NCBI GenBank assembly: GCA_964475075.1
Contig: CAYYVH010000002.1
Span: forward strand, 1-36,976
Length of the DNA: 36,976 bases
Reading direction: 5' to 3'
From: an uncultured Anaerolineales bacterium
GTDB taxonomy: Bacteria > Chloroflexota > Anaerolineae > Epilineales > Epilineaceae
Positions within the stretch are counted from its first letter, which is position 1; the number at the start of each line of letters is the position of its first letter. The notes under the pieces were generated by a model. The model searched no databases. It was not told the DNA's origin and saw only the letters and a list, made by a program, of their open reading frames with translations. Below are positions 1 to 8,490 of the stretch, piece after piece. Both the position numbers and the translations under genes were made by a program.

Positions 1-55
1 GATCGGGAGATCACGGCATGGTTTGCAAGAAAAACTATAGTGGAAACATAGACGT
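1..55. repeat. Terminal overlap, copy 1 (identical to 36922-36976); marks circular closure of the contig
   Basis: Both ends read gatcgggagatcacggcatggtttgcaagaaaaactatagtggaaacatagacgt. Direct comparison shows 55/55 identity. Confidence 0.95.
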
Positions 56-67
56 AGGCGTGTCCAA

Positions 68-517
68 TCAGGTGAGGAAATCGAAATGCCACGCCTCGTG
101 TGGGTGCTGTCGCCAGCCGTACTCCGTGAGCAGATCGGCCAGGCGGGACTGTGTGATCTCGTAGCCCCGCACGTCGATCGCCAGCCCCCGCGTGTGGTTC
201 GACTGCTCTGGAGAGACAGCCAGGTGGGGCTTGCTGCGGAGCGCCGCTGCCTGCTCTGCTCGGCTCCGATAGGCGTCCACAATCAGGAGGCTGGCGTCCT
301 GGTCGAGCAGCTCGCCCTGCAGATAGTAGAGCGACTCCACGGCCTCGGGGACCAGGTACCAGGTGTGCCAGTCTGGCTCGACTGCGTACCAGTTGGGCGC
401 CCAGAATCCCTCCAGATCCAGCGCTCCGACGTCTGCGATCTTGGGATCCCCCTGCCGCTGGATCATGGGGTCCTCCCAGTGGGCCTCGCGGAGTTCGCAT
501 TCGACGTGCACGATCAT
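68..517 (-). CDS. Endolysin, peptidase M15 (VanY / L-Ala-D-Glu peptidase-like) family
   Basis: 149 aa. It carries the zinc-peptidase signature SxHxxGxAxD (SNHTRGLAID) and a downstream EAWHFD histidine motif. It is the last gene of a cassette of small membrane proteins. The start overlaps the upstream stop (ATGA at 514-517). Confidence 0.8.
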   Translation of the reverse strand: MIVHVECELREAHWEDPMIQRQGDPKIADVGALDLEGFWAPNWYAVEPDWHTWYLVPEAVESLYYLQGELLDQDASLLIVDAYRSRAEQAAALRSKPHLAVSPEQSNHTRGLAIDVRGYEITQSRLADLLTEYGWRQHPHEAWHFDFLT

Positions 518-1275
518 CTCACCACCCCCACGGCTGCGGAGATCCCCCAGGCTCCTCCGACTGCGATCCCACCGAGCGCGATCCCTGCGAGGAGGTAGGG
601 CCAGATCGGAGGGTCGAGGCGCCGCGCGATGATCGACCGCTGCGCACGACAGGCCCTCAGGTCGGCGCCGATTTTTTCTATCGCCGCCTGGTGTTGGATC
701 GTGAGGCGCTTCACTTGGAGCGCGTGGTCTGATTTGAGTCTGGCGATTTTCCTCCGCGCCTTTTTCAAGACCCGGAGGATCTTCGCCGCTCGCGCCCGCT
801 GCGCTGCTGTCGGGGGCTGTGCGTGGGCGCTACCGACCAGACAGAGGAGACAGACGATCGCCATCGTGCCGAGCAGGAGGGCCAGGAGGATCGTTCCGAT
901 CCGGCCACTCTCTCGATCGAGTGCGTCTAACTCTCGGTCGATCGCCGCGTCGAGATCAGCGGGGGTCCTCGCCCCATCCACCGTGGAGGCTGTCGCTGCC
1001 TCGTCGGATTTTTTGCGCTCCGCTTGGCGCTCGGAGACCTCCTTCGCCTCGCGGGAGACTCTGGCGAGCTGCGCGCGCTTCGCCTGCTCGATCGTCTGTG
1101 TCTCCCCCTCCCGCGTCCGCTCCGTGGCGACGTACTCCTTGATCGCGCGACCGGCCTGACCGAGACCGAGCGCCCCAAACACCGAGGCGACGCCCCATCC
1201 GAGCAGCCACAGGAGGAGGAGGCCCCCGACGATCGCGAGAGCCACCCAGAGGATCGCCTGTGTTTTTTTGCTCAT
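514..1275 (-). CDS. Lysis-cassette membrane protein with four hydrophobic segments separated by two charged coiled-coil-like stretches (spanin-slot protein)
   Basis: 253 aa. Hydrophobic segments lie at about aa 6-40 (two), 126-148 (ending AHA-QP, signal-peptide-like) and 225-250. The intervening stretches are rich in R/K/E/A/Q. ATGA overlaps occur at both ends. Confidence 0.55.
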   Translation of the reverse strand: MSKKTQAILWVALAIVGGLLLLWLLGWGVASVFGALGLGQAGRAIKEYVATERTREGETQTIEQAKRAQLARVSREAKEVSERQAERKKSDEAATASTVDGARTPADLDAAIDRELDALDRESGRIGTILLALLLGTMAIVCLLCLVGSAHAQPPTAAQRARAAKILRVLKKARRKIARLKSDHALQVKRLTIQHQAAIEKIGADLRACRAQRSIIARRLDPPIWPYLLAGIALGGIAVGGAWGISAAVGVVR

Positions 1276-1607
1276 GGCGCGGACTCCTTCGCAGTTGTTG
1301 TCTTTGCCGTTGCAGCGCTTGGGGGTGCGGGTGCTGGGGGAGCTACGGGCGGGGTCGTTGCAGTCGTTGTCTTTCCCCCCGCGATCGCTGCCGTCGCGCT
1401 CGATGCCTGTCCGGCGCCGACGCAGCCAGCGACGAGCCAGGTGAGGTATCCGGCCAGCTCGACGATCGTTTTGCCGTGGGCTGGCTCCGCTGTGGCCCCC
1501 GCGTAGAGGAGTCCACAGAGGGCGACGAACGCGAGCAGCGCGATCCAGCGGCTGCTACTCGGCGACCCGTTATGGTCGCGGAGGATCGAGGTGATATATT
1601 CGCTCAT
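1272..1607 (-). CDS. Putative holin (two TM segments, T/A/P-rich tail)
   Basis: 111 aa. Hydrophobic helices are WIALLAFVALCGLLYAG and LAGYLTWLVAGCVGAG. It lies two genes upstream of the endolysin (the spanin-slot gene 514-1275 lies between them). Confidence 0.5.
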   Translation of the reverse strand: MSEYITSILRDHNGSPSSSRWIALLAFVALCGLLYAGATAEPAHGKTIVELAGYLTWLVAGCVGAGQASSATAAIAGGKTTTATTPPVAPPAPAPPSAATAKTTTAKESAP

Positions 1608-1911
1608 GGCGCGCTAGCTCCTTCTGCAGCGTCTGGTTTTCGAGACGGAGGACCTGTAAGTCCTCCCTTAGGGCGTGGAGATCCTCCTGGAGCTGCTCTA
1701 CTCGACGCTCCGTGGATCGGACGCTCTCGGCGGTGACTTTGTGTGCGGCTTCGGATGCGCTGTGTCGTTCGCCGAGCTGCGCGATTCCCACCTCGATCGA
1801 GGACAGGCGTCGTGCCAAAAACCAGACGGCCCCAACGATCGCGCCCACGCCCCCTCCGATCGCGAGGAGATCCTTGAGCGAGATAGCGGCTGCTGCTGCG
1901 ATTAGGTCCAT
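1570..1911 (-). CDS. N-terminally anchored coiled-coil membrane protein (i-spanin-like or holin-regulator-like)
   Basis: 113 aa. It has one N-terminal TM segment (LLAIGGGVGAIVGAVWFLA) followed by a heptad-like region rich in E/L/Q/R. It overlaps the next gene by 38 nt. Confidence 0.45.
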   Translation of the reverse strand: MDLIAAAAAISLKDLLAIGGGVGAIVGAVWFLARRLSSIEVGIAQLGERHSASEAAHKVTAESVRSTERRVEQLQEDLHALREDLQVLRLENQTLQKELARHERIYHLDPPRP

Positions 1912-1923
1912 GACCCGGCCCTC

Positions 1924-2187
1924 CTATATTGACTCTTCCGCCTTGCGGACGCCCAAGTCTTCGAGTTCCTTGGCGGCAGGCTTCTCTCCGCGCCACCGCG
2001 CCAAGATCCCCGCAGCCACGACAGAATCGACCGATCCCCTCTCTGCGATACGCTCCAGCCCATCGAAGGCCATGCGGCGCAGCGCACGAAGCTGGCGCTT
2101 GACCCTTTTTACTGACCCTTTGGGGATCTCGGCTCTGATCGCTGCTAGCTCGGCCTCAAGTTGGGTGACTCTCTCATCAATCGTCAT
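1924..2187 (-). CDS. Small coiled-coil protein, unknown function
   Basis: 87 aa from ATG 2187. AGGAGG lies 6 nt upstream, and TGATG overlaps the upstream stop. The track ORF starts one codon earlier, at GTG 2190. Confidence 0.5.
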   Translation of the reverse strand: MTIDERVTQLEAELAAIRAEIPKGSVKRVKRQLRALRRMAFDGLERIAERGSVDSVVAAGILARWRGEKPAAKELEDLGVRKAEESI

Positions 2188-2954
2188 CACTCGCCTCCTG
2201 AGATAATCCCTGACTCAATCGCCTCGTCGGGGAGTGCTGAGCCCCAGATCATGAGATCTTGCACACCCCCGTTCACCCGCGCCGTGCCGGAGGGATCGCC
2301 GCCGACGTACAGGAGGGTATTGGCTCCGCCGGTGCTGTCGGCGCCCGTCTGAGTCGTGGCGGGGAAATTCTTGTGACGCCCAACCCACAGATCCAGTTGG
2401 GTATTCGTCGCGTCGTAGATCTTTTTTCGAAGAGCGCACGTCACCCACTCGTTGCCGCGGGTTGCGAGCTTCGCGTCGGTGGCGCCCCCGTACACGATGT
2501 ATGCGGTGCTGCCGGCGCCATACTCCCACAGGGCGGCGAGGCCACCGAGGTAGTTGGTGTCCGAGCTTGTGCCCCGTAGTAGCACCCACGGCCGATTATC
2601 GGCCTCAGCGCCAGAGGTGAGGCTATACATGCCCGCCAACACACAGATCGCGTCGGTAAACCGGAACCGCCCGACGACAGTGATCTCTTGGAGGTTGAAA
2701 TCTTGATTGTGCGAGGCGTTGATGAGGGTGAGCTGGCCCAGCCCCGTCAGGACACGAGCGAGTCTCCCATCGCGAGTGGCACCTGGCCCCCATGTGAGAT
2801 TCGCGCTCTGTTGGAGGTGTCGCCCGTTCCCAGATTTGTCCTCGTCGTCACCGTCAAACGGGCAGTAAAGAAGGGGAGTTTCGGTCGAGAAAAAATCAGG
2901 GCTGAGGGCATGAAGCCCGCTCTCAGCCGGGTAGCCGTGCGGATAATCGGACAT
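2187..2954 (-). CDS. LamG / concanavalin-A-like lectin-fold protein, probable tail fibre or receptor-binding protein
   Basis: 255 aa from ATG 2954 (GGAGG upstream; the upstream stop is at 2956-2958). The C-terminal motif GGVQDLMIWGSALPDEAI and the overall beta-rich pattern are typical of Laminin_G_3-type domains. It is the last gene of the tail module. Confidence 0.55.
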   Translation of the reverse strand: MSDYPHGYPAESGLHALSPDFFSTETPLLYCPFDGDDEDKSGNGRHLQQSANLTWGPGATRDGRLARVLTGLGQLTLINASHNQDFNLQEITVVGRFRFTDAICVLAGMYSLTSGAEADNRPWVLLRGTSSDTNYLGGLAALWEYGAGSTAYIVYGGATDAKLATRGNEWVTCALRKKIYDATNTQLDLWVGRHKNFPATTQTGADSTGGANTLLYVGGDPSGTARVNGGVQDLMIWGSALPDEAIESGIISGGE

Positions 2955-2955
2955 A

Positions 2956-3738
2956 TCAGGAGTCCTCCAATACAAGATCGAAACCACCCGTCACATGAGT
3001 GTTGTTATCGCTGACGTAGTTGACTCGCAACCACAGATCAGTTTTTTCAGTAAATTTTCGCGGAGGATCAAACTCGTGCCGAATGTCCCCAGCGCCAGTG
3101 ACGCCGACGCCCACATTATGACGCGCCCTGATTGCGTAATCGGTGGTGTCTACAGGCCCAGCGGAGTAGAGGTACACATCGGCCATCGCGCCAGCCGTAG
3201 CGCCCTGGCGGATAATCGACGCGTGATACTGCGTCATGTATGCCGTCTTCCCCGCTGGCACCGTGAAGATTGCCATCTGAGTTTGCCCCTCGGCAAGCTC
3301 AATTGCGGCTGTGACAGTCGCGTCCGTCTGTGCCGTTGCTGTGATAACGCCAGCGTTGATGTGAGAGCTACCCGCGGTGAGGAGATACATCCGGTAGATG
3401 CGAGTGTAGGCGTTCGCCGTAGCGACTGGCGTTACACCGTTCATGGTGACGGTCTCAGACTGCTCCGCGAATGAGGCGTTGAGCCCAAACACCAGGATCG
3501 TCCTGGCGCCCGTACCTGCCGCGGCATCGGCCGCATCCGTGCTAACGATATCGTGGATTCGCGCGGTGGTGGGAGGCACCCACACTCCGCCCTGACTCCA
3601 GATATCTTCCGGAAGGGTGCCGGTATCCACGTCGGAGTTACGCCCGAATTTGTGGATGACGGAGAGCGACGGTGCGCGGCCAGAGGCGACGTCTAGCCAG
3701 GACAGGCTCTGCGCCATCCCGTGCTGATAATCAGCCAC
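2956..3738 (-). CDS. Virion or tail-tip structural protein (beta-rich), unknown family
   Basis: 260 aa if it starts at GTG 3738. A GAGAGGGGG Shine-Dalgarno lies upstream, and the start is 1 nt after the upstream TGA at 3740-3742. ATG 3717 is an alternative. The track ORF extends to 4062, but that extension is R/S/P-rich and lies out of frame over gene 3740-4084. Confidence 0.6.
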   Translation of the reverse strand: MADYQHGMAQSLSWLDVASGRAPSLSVIHKFGRNSDVDTGTLPEDIWSQGGVWVPPTTARIHDIVSTDAADAAAGTGARTILVFGLNASFAEQSETVTMNGVTPVATANAYTRIYRMYLLTAGSSHINAGVITATAQTDATVTAAIELAEGQTQMAIFTVPAGKTAYMTQYHASIIRQGATAGAMADVYLYSAGPVDTTDYAIRARHNVGVGVTGAGDIRHEFDPPRKFTEKTDLWLRVNYVSDNNTHVTGGFDLVLEDS

Positions 3739-3739
3739 C

Positions 3740-4084
3740 TCAACCCCCTCTCGTGGTTGCGGTAATTTGGATCTCGCGGACCCCGGGCTGCTCGTTGACC
3801 GTGACGAGCTGGAGGGAATCCCCCGGCTCCAACGGCGTCCACTCACCCACAGCGTAGGTGCCGGAGGGGATCGTGGTCCGCAGCGGGATCGAGTTTCCGC
3901 TGGCGAGTTTTTTTGTGATCGTGACGGTCTCACCGGCAGGGACGACCACCTCGATCGCCAACAGGACACACGGGGTCTCCGTGGTGACGTCGTGGGTGTC
4001 CACGACGAATGGGACGCCGGTTGCGAGGGCTTGCGTGACCGAGACGATCGCGCCGCGGTCACGGGGATTCAGAGTTTCGGCCAT
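3740..4084 (-). CDS. Small tail-module protein, unknown function
   Basis: 114 aa, with an AGGAGA Shine-Dalgarno before ATG 4084. The composition is normal for this genome, and the gene lies inside the tail gene train. Confidence 0.6.
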   Translation of the reverse strand: MAETLNPRDRGAIVSVTQALATGVPFVVDTHDVTTETPCVLLAIEVVVPAGETVTITKKLASGNSIPLRTTIPSGTYAVGEWTPLEPGDSLQLVTVNEQPGVREIQITATTRGG

Positions 4085-4095
4085 GATCGTATCTC

Positions 4096-4731
4096 CTATA
4101 ATGCCGAGTACGTCGTAGTCCCCGGCGAGGTTGGGTGAGTCACTGTGTCTTCGTAGAGACAGAGTCCGAGGATGTCCATTGTGTCAGCGATGGACCCCCG
4201 GCACTCGATATCGAATCTGTTGTACTGCCCCGCCACCAGGGGGATGTCCGTGAGTTGCAGGTGTTGGGCTGAGTTGGTCGTGGTGCTCGTTGCGTGGGTG
4301 CAGTAGGTGCCGGTTTCCAGGTTTTTGATCCGCACGTCTACCGCATTGGCGTAGGTGCGGACGACCAGCTCCGCCGGGAGAGTCCCGGTCAGCCCAGGCG
4401 TAACGAACGCCTGGAACGCGAACTCTCGCGACGATCCAAGGAACGACTCCCACGTCGCGCCCGCTGCGAGCGTGTGGCTGAATCTCCCGCCGTTGCCGGT
4501 GCCTCCAACATCGAAAGAGAAGATCGTCCCACGTCCGAGCGGCGCTCCGTCCACAATATGCTCGTGCGGACGAAACGCTCGCACCTGGGCGCCTGGTGGC
4601 GCCCCTGCGGTGAGGCGCTCGTGCTGGGCGTTGAGGCGCGCCATGGGTGCCGCTGCCACGTTGACGGAGCCTTTTGAGGCGATCCTTACGGCGTCTTGAG
4701 AGAGTGTTGGGAAGCCTCGGTTGATACCCAT
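4096..4731 (-). CDS. Tail-module structural protein, unknown function
   Basis: 211 aa from ATG 4731, with TGATG overlapping the upstream stop at 4731-4733. Confidence 0.6.
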   Translation of the reverse strand: MGINRGFPTLSQDAVRIASKGSVNVAAAPMARLNAQHERLTAGAPPGAQVRAFRPHEHIVDGAPLGRGTIFSFDVGGTGNGGRFSHTLAAGATWESFLGSSREFAFQAFVTPGLTGTLPAELVVRTYANAVDVRIKNLETGTYCTHATSTTTNSAQHLQLTDIPLVAGQYNRFDIECRGSIADTMDILGLCLYEDTVTHPTSPGTTTYSAL

Positions 4732-6113
4732 CACGATCCCCCTGACGCGAGAGCCGCGAGCGCTGAGTTTGTCTTGGCCCCAACTCCGGGGACTTCGTAG
4801 ATCGTGAATGCGATCAGGTCGATATCCACAGTGATTGAGACGCCGGTCATCTCGACCTCGAGTTGAATCTCGTTTACGGCGTTTCCCACACAGGGGATCT
4901 TGTCGATCTCGATCCAGGCGTCATACGACGGCGCCGCCGACACCGAGGTGACCGCGCTGTAGTTGCCGCTCGCGATGTGCAGCGCTCGAAAGTTGAAGCT
5001 CGGGACGCCGCTTGCTGCCGTCCATCTGACGTGTAGCTTGGCGGTCAGGTAGGGTGGATTCGTCGGAGGGCTCCCAGAGCTGCTCAGCCCTGGCCCGACC
5101 CAGAACACGGCCATCCCCACAGAGGCGGCGCTGCGACGATCTACCCCGTCGTCTAGATCCCAAGCGTAGTAGCCAGAGTAGGAGGCTCCCACCCAGGCGA
5201 TCCGGTAGAGATAGGTCGTGTCCAGGATCGTCGCGGTGTAGCAGCCACCGTGCGCGATGGCCCGGCCTCCGTAGTTACTCGCGTCGTGGTCGTGTCCTCG
5301 GCAGACTTGCGACGAGGCACCAGGGGCGCGCTTCTCCTCGATCCCTTCGTAGAGCGCGTTTCCGAACTCGTAGAGGCTCCGTAGGGCGTAGGCGTGGGCA
5401 AATTCGTCAGCGTCGAACAGGGTCTCCTCCAACGCGGGGAACGCCGAGCGGATCGTGTCTCCTGTGCGAGCCGGGCTCTCTGCCTCTGGCGCCCCGTTGC
5501 GGTCGAGCACGTCGGGCAGCTCGTCGAGCTGTAGCGAGCAAATCGACACCGTGGGGACACTCGCCGAGTCGTACGACCCGCAACGTATCCACAGATTGCG
5601 AGCGCGCCACTCGCCCGGATGGACGATCGGGAACACAAACCGTTGCCAGTTGATCTTCTCCCCAGAGGGGATGGGTAGGTCCAAATCGTAGAGAGACCCG
5701 TTGACCTCCATCTCCAGCCGGAATTTGTCGGAGTTCCGGGCGTAATAGCAGATCCACCCAGAGAGCAGGCTCACTCCGCGCAGCCCTGGAGAGGGGTGGA
5801 TATAGGCCGTGTCACTTGTGCTACTCGGCGCAAGGATCGGCTGCTGCTCGTCTTTCGCCGAGAACGACAGATCCGCGATCGGGGTGAGGCCGCAAGCTGA
5901 CCACAGGCAGCCGCGATTGATCGGGCCGCCCCCGCCGCCTGGCGTGTGGTCGTGTCCGGCGTAGACCTGGGCGGCAGAGCCGGGCGCCGCTGCGTCCCAG
6001 GTGGCCTCGTAGAGCGCAGAGGCAGCAGCTGCGGCGCGCCGCAGCCCTGTCTCTGTCACCGTGTCCCGAGGCAGCAGCAGCTCCAGCTCATCGTATTTTG
6101 CCGAGACGCTCAT
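4731..6113 (-). CDS. Tail-tip or fibre protein with an internal duplication carrying two GHDH motifs
   Basis: 460 aa from ATG 6113. A GGGGG Shine-Dalgarno lies upstream, and the upstream TAG is at 6115-6117. The blocks ALYE..APG..QV.GHDH recur 220 aa apart. Confidence 0.6.
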   Translation of the reverse strand: MSVSAKYDELELLLPRDTVTETGLRRAAAAASALYEATWDAAAPGSAAQVYAGHDHTPGGGGGPINRGCLWSACGLTPIADLSFSAKDEQQPILAPSSTSDTAYIHPSPGLRGVSLLSGWICYYARNSDKFRLEMEVNGSLYDLDLPIPSGEKINWQRFVFPIVHPGEWRARNLWIRCGSYDSASVPTVSICSLQLDELPDVLDRNGAPEAESPARTGDTIRSAFPALEETLFDADEFAHAYALRSLYEFGNALYEGIEEKRAPGASSQVCRGHDHDASNYGGRAIAHGGCYTATILDTTYLYRIAWVGASYSGYYAWDLDDGVDRRSAASVGMAVFWVGPGLSSSGSPPTNPPYLTAKLHVRWTAASGVPSFNFRALHIASGNYSAVTSVSAAPSYDAWIEIDKIPCVGNAVNEIQLEVEMTGVSITVDIDLIAFTIYEVPGVGAKTNSALAALASGGS

Positions 6114-6114
6114 G

Positions 6115-8490
6115 CTACAGCCCCCATAAATAAGCTTCGTCTCCGGCTCCAAGATCTGGAGGCGAAGCCGTCGAATCTGCCAGCGCCAGGTAGACCCCCT
6201 GTCGCTCTGCCACGTTGGGCGATGCGCTCGTCCCTGGCCAGTCTCGCAGCGTGATCAGGTCGCCAGCAGCCAGCCAGCCAGGGAGCGCCGCCGACATCGT
6301 GAGCTTGCGCGCTGCGTAATCGATCGAGGAAACAGTCCCGCTCGCTGTCGTGACCGCGCCGCCGAAGGTCGAGACGTCCCAGAACGTGATCAGGTCGCCC
6401 TCAAGAAACCAGTCGATATCCTCGATGCCATCCCCCACAAACGCCGGATACGACGAGCCGATATAAGGCGACGCCTGCGCCATCTCTGTGGTCGCTGCCG
6501 CCTCGATGATCACGTCTGGCGATCCAGGGAGAGAGCTAACGATCCCACTCAGCGAGACGTAGCCCAGGCGCGGCGGGAGTCCTCGATAGATCAGGCGCAG
6601 GTCAACGCGGCCCTCCGCGTCTGAGGGTGACACCTCGATGATCTCCCACGACCCGGCGAGCCCTTTCTCGCCGGCCATGTTGGGCAGGTGGGAGAGGATC
6701 ATGGAGACCGTATCGCCGGGGCGGTAGGTGATATTTTCATCGAGCACCGCAGAGACCACGACCTCCGGGTAGGGGAGACCACGGTAGAGCAGCCAGCCAT
6801 AGAGCGACTGCTGGAGCCCCGCCTCTGACGATCCGCGCCAGAGGCCCGCGTCTGAGATTTGGATCTCGCGCCGTCCATACCGAGCGATCGAGTCGCTGAA
6901 GTTGATCTGGAGAGAGTGCCTCGGCTCACCGGTCACAGGGTTGCGATCCATGGGCGCCACGGCCGCGTTGTAGACGCGATCCATGCGCACCTCCAGCCGG
7001 GGGATCGCGCCATCTCTGTGGGAGCCTGGAGAGAAAACTTGAGTGTCCTGGTGGCCGGGGTAGAGGTCGTCTCTCAGCGTGGCGGTGAGCTGCCCTGCCT
7101 CAGACCAGAAGATCGAGGCGTTTATTGTCTGCGCGGCTCCTGTGAGCAGTTCGGAGATACTCACCGGTGCCGTGTACAGATACCTCCGAAAGCTCGGTCG
7201 CCCCGACTGATCGAGCTTGAGCAGCGCGGCCATGTCGAGGAACGACGAGTCGAGCGCCAGCCCCCATCCGTCGGGGAGGATATCATAAGCTCCGGCGGAG
7301 GGCCCATGCGTCGCGCCCCCGTCCACAGAGAGGAGGAGAGGGAGAAGGATGTCTTGCGCCAAGTCTCCCTCAAAGACACGCACCTCGTTTGCGTCCGCGC
7401 CCTCTTCGTGGTCGAGCTTCTGCGTCCCGAACTCGCCCCGTTTGAGTCTGCCCACAGGGATCAGCGACGTGTAATTCGCCGCGAGGAGATCGCCAGAGGC
7501 CCAGGTGTAGGACGTGATCCCGGTGACCTCGACGTAGCTCGTGGCTGAGGAGTTGTCGTAGATTTTCGCGACGGTGACACCTGTGACCTTGACGGTCCCG
7601 CTGCTGTTGGTGATATCGACGATCTGCCCCACTTTGAAGAGCGAGGGGAAGCCGACGAACAGCCGGTTGGGTGAGGCGTAGGAGCCGATCGTCTGCTTGA
7701 ATGCTGGCGTGATCGTCTGCTCGATCCGGATGATCTCGTCATCGATCTGGACGTGTGAGAACCCCCGCGTGTTGGGGTATGCCGTCCATGCCGTGTCCCC
7801 ATCGTGGTCGAGGTACAGATCCACACTGGAGGGGAAGTTGTGCAGCAGCGAGCCCGTGATGAACTCGGTGGCCAGGGCCTTCTCGTCCATCGCCAGCTTC
7901 TGCGCGCTGATCAGGACGATCGCATAGTAGCCATCCTCCCACGCGAACGAGTCGATAAACCCGACGAAGCGGGTCTGCGTGGTCGTCGAGGGAGTGTATC
8001 CATCTTGCCACAGCAGCGTTGCCTTGCGCCCAATGATGTTTGGGTTGGAGGCATAAACTTTATCACCGACAGAGTGTTGCGCTGCGACTGTCCCGAGCGC
8101 GGCGCGAGTACAGCCTGTGAGGGTGTTGACTGTGACGCCGCTGTAGGCGATGGCCTCGCGTCCGATCCAGACGTAGCCAGAGGCCGCGAGGCCCGACGCA
8201 TCAGCCACGGTGATCGACGTGTCGCCGGTGTCTGCTGCGGTCGCGACGGTGGTGGTGTGGAGGACTCCGATATCGTTGAGGAGGCTGCTAATGTCGGTGC
8301 ATCGGAGCGTCAGCCCACCCGCGTCACTGCTGCCAGTCGCAGGGTCCACAGAGAGGGTGATCCCGCTGGGGATCTGTCCCGCTGCGAGGGCCGGGAGGAT
8401 CGTGATTGCCCACGTCCCGACGCCCCGGCTGCTCGATGACAGCGCGGTCAGGCTCCCCTCGATGTCGAGCGTGAGGATCCGGCTGCTCAT
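6115..8490 (-). CDS. Large tail-tip / baseplate-hub-like protein (Tal-position protein)
   Basis: 791 aa. It is the second gene after the tape measure, which is the usual position of the siphovirus tail-associated tip protein. ATGA overlaps the upstream gene. Confidence 0.6.
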   Translation of the reverse strand: MSSRILTLDIEGSLTALSSSSRGVGTWAITILPALAAGQIPSGITLSVDPATGSSDAGGLTLRCTDISSLLNDIGVLHTTTVATAADTGDTSITVADASGLAASGYVWIGREAIAYSGVTVNTLTGCTRAALGTVAAQHSVGDKVYASNPNIIGRKATLLWQDGYTPSTTTQTRFVGFIDSFAWEDGYYAIVLISAQKLAMDEKALATEFITGSLLHNFPSSVDLYLDHDGDTAWTAYPNTRGFSHVQIDDEIIRIEQTITPAFKQTIGSYASPNRLFVGFPSLFKVGQIVDITNSSGTVKVTGVTVAKIYDNSSATSYVEVTGITSYTWASGDLLAANYTSLIPVGRLKRGEFGTQKLDHEEGADANEVRVFEGDLAQDILLPLLLSVDGGATHGPSAGAYDILPDGWGLALDSSFLDMAALLKLDQSGRPSFRRYLYTAPVSISELLTGAAQTINASIFWSEAGQLTATLRDDLYPGHQDTQVFSPGSHRDGAIPRLEVRMDRVYNAAVAPMDRNPVTGEPRHSLQINFSDSIARYGRREIQISDAGLWRGSSEAGLQQSLYGWLLYRGLPYPEVVVSAVLDENITYRPGDTVSMILSHLPNMAGEKGLAGSWEIIEVSPSDAEGRVDLRLIYRGLPPRLGYVSLSGIVSSLPGSPDVIIEAAATTEMAQASPYIGSSYPAFVGDGIEDIDWFLEGDLITFWDVSTFGGAVTTASGTVSSIDYAARKLTMSAALPGWLAAGDLITLRDWPGTSASPNVAERQGVYLALADSTASPPDLGAGDEAYLWGL

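Noticed and set aside
1-55. The 55-bp identical ends as biological direct terminal repeats or cos-type ends
   Set aside because: An exact overlap of 55 nt at both contig ends is what de Bruijn assemblers leave on circular molecules, and 55 is a commonly used k-mer size. There is no independent sign of a physical terminus here. I treat it as circular closure. Real termini need read-level analysis.
862-864. Independent internal start (ATG 864) giving a separate unimolecular-spanin gene
   Set aside because: No Shine-Dalgarno precedes it; the upstream sequence is GCCCTCCTGCTCGGCACG. The hydrophobic segment begins about 12 residues upstream of this Met, so a single 253-aa product is more likely.
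1381-1388. Cyanobacterial HIP1 octamer (GCGATCGC) enrichment as a host clue
   Set aside because: While scanning I found only a few full octamers (for example near 1381, 8813 and 16906). The excess is in GATC/CGATC generally, not in the HIP1 palindrome specifically. No host inference is justified without a proper count.
3739-4062. N-terminal 108-aa extension of the track ORF 2956-4062
   Set aside because: The extension is R/S/P-rich and overlaps gene 3740-4084 in another frame. A GTG with a strong Shine-Dalgarno sits 1 nt after that gene's stop (3738), which gives a normal 260-aa protein.
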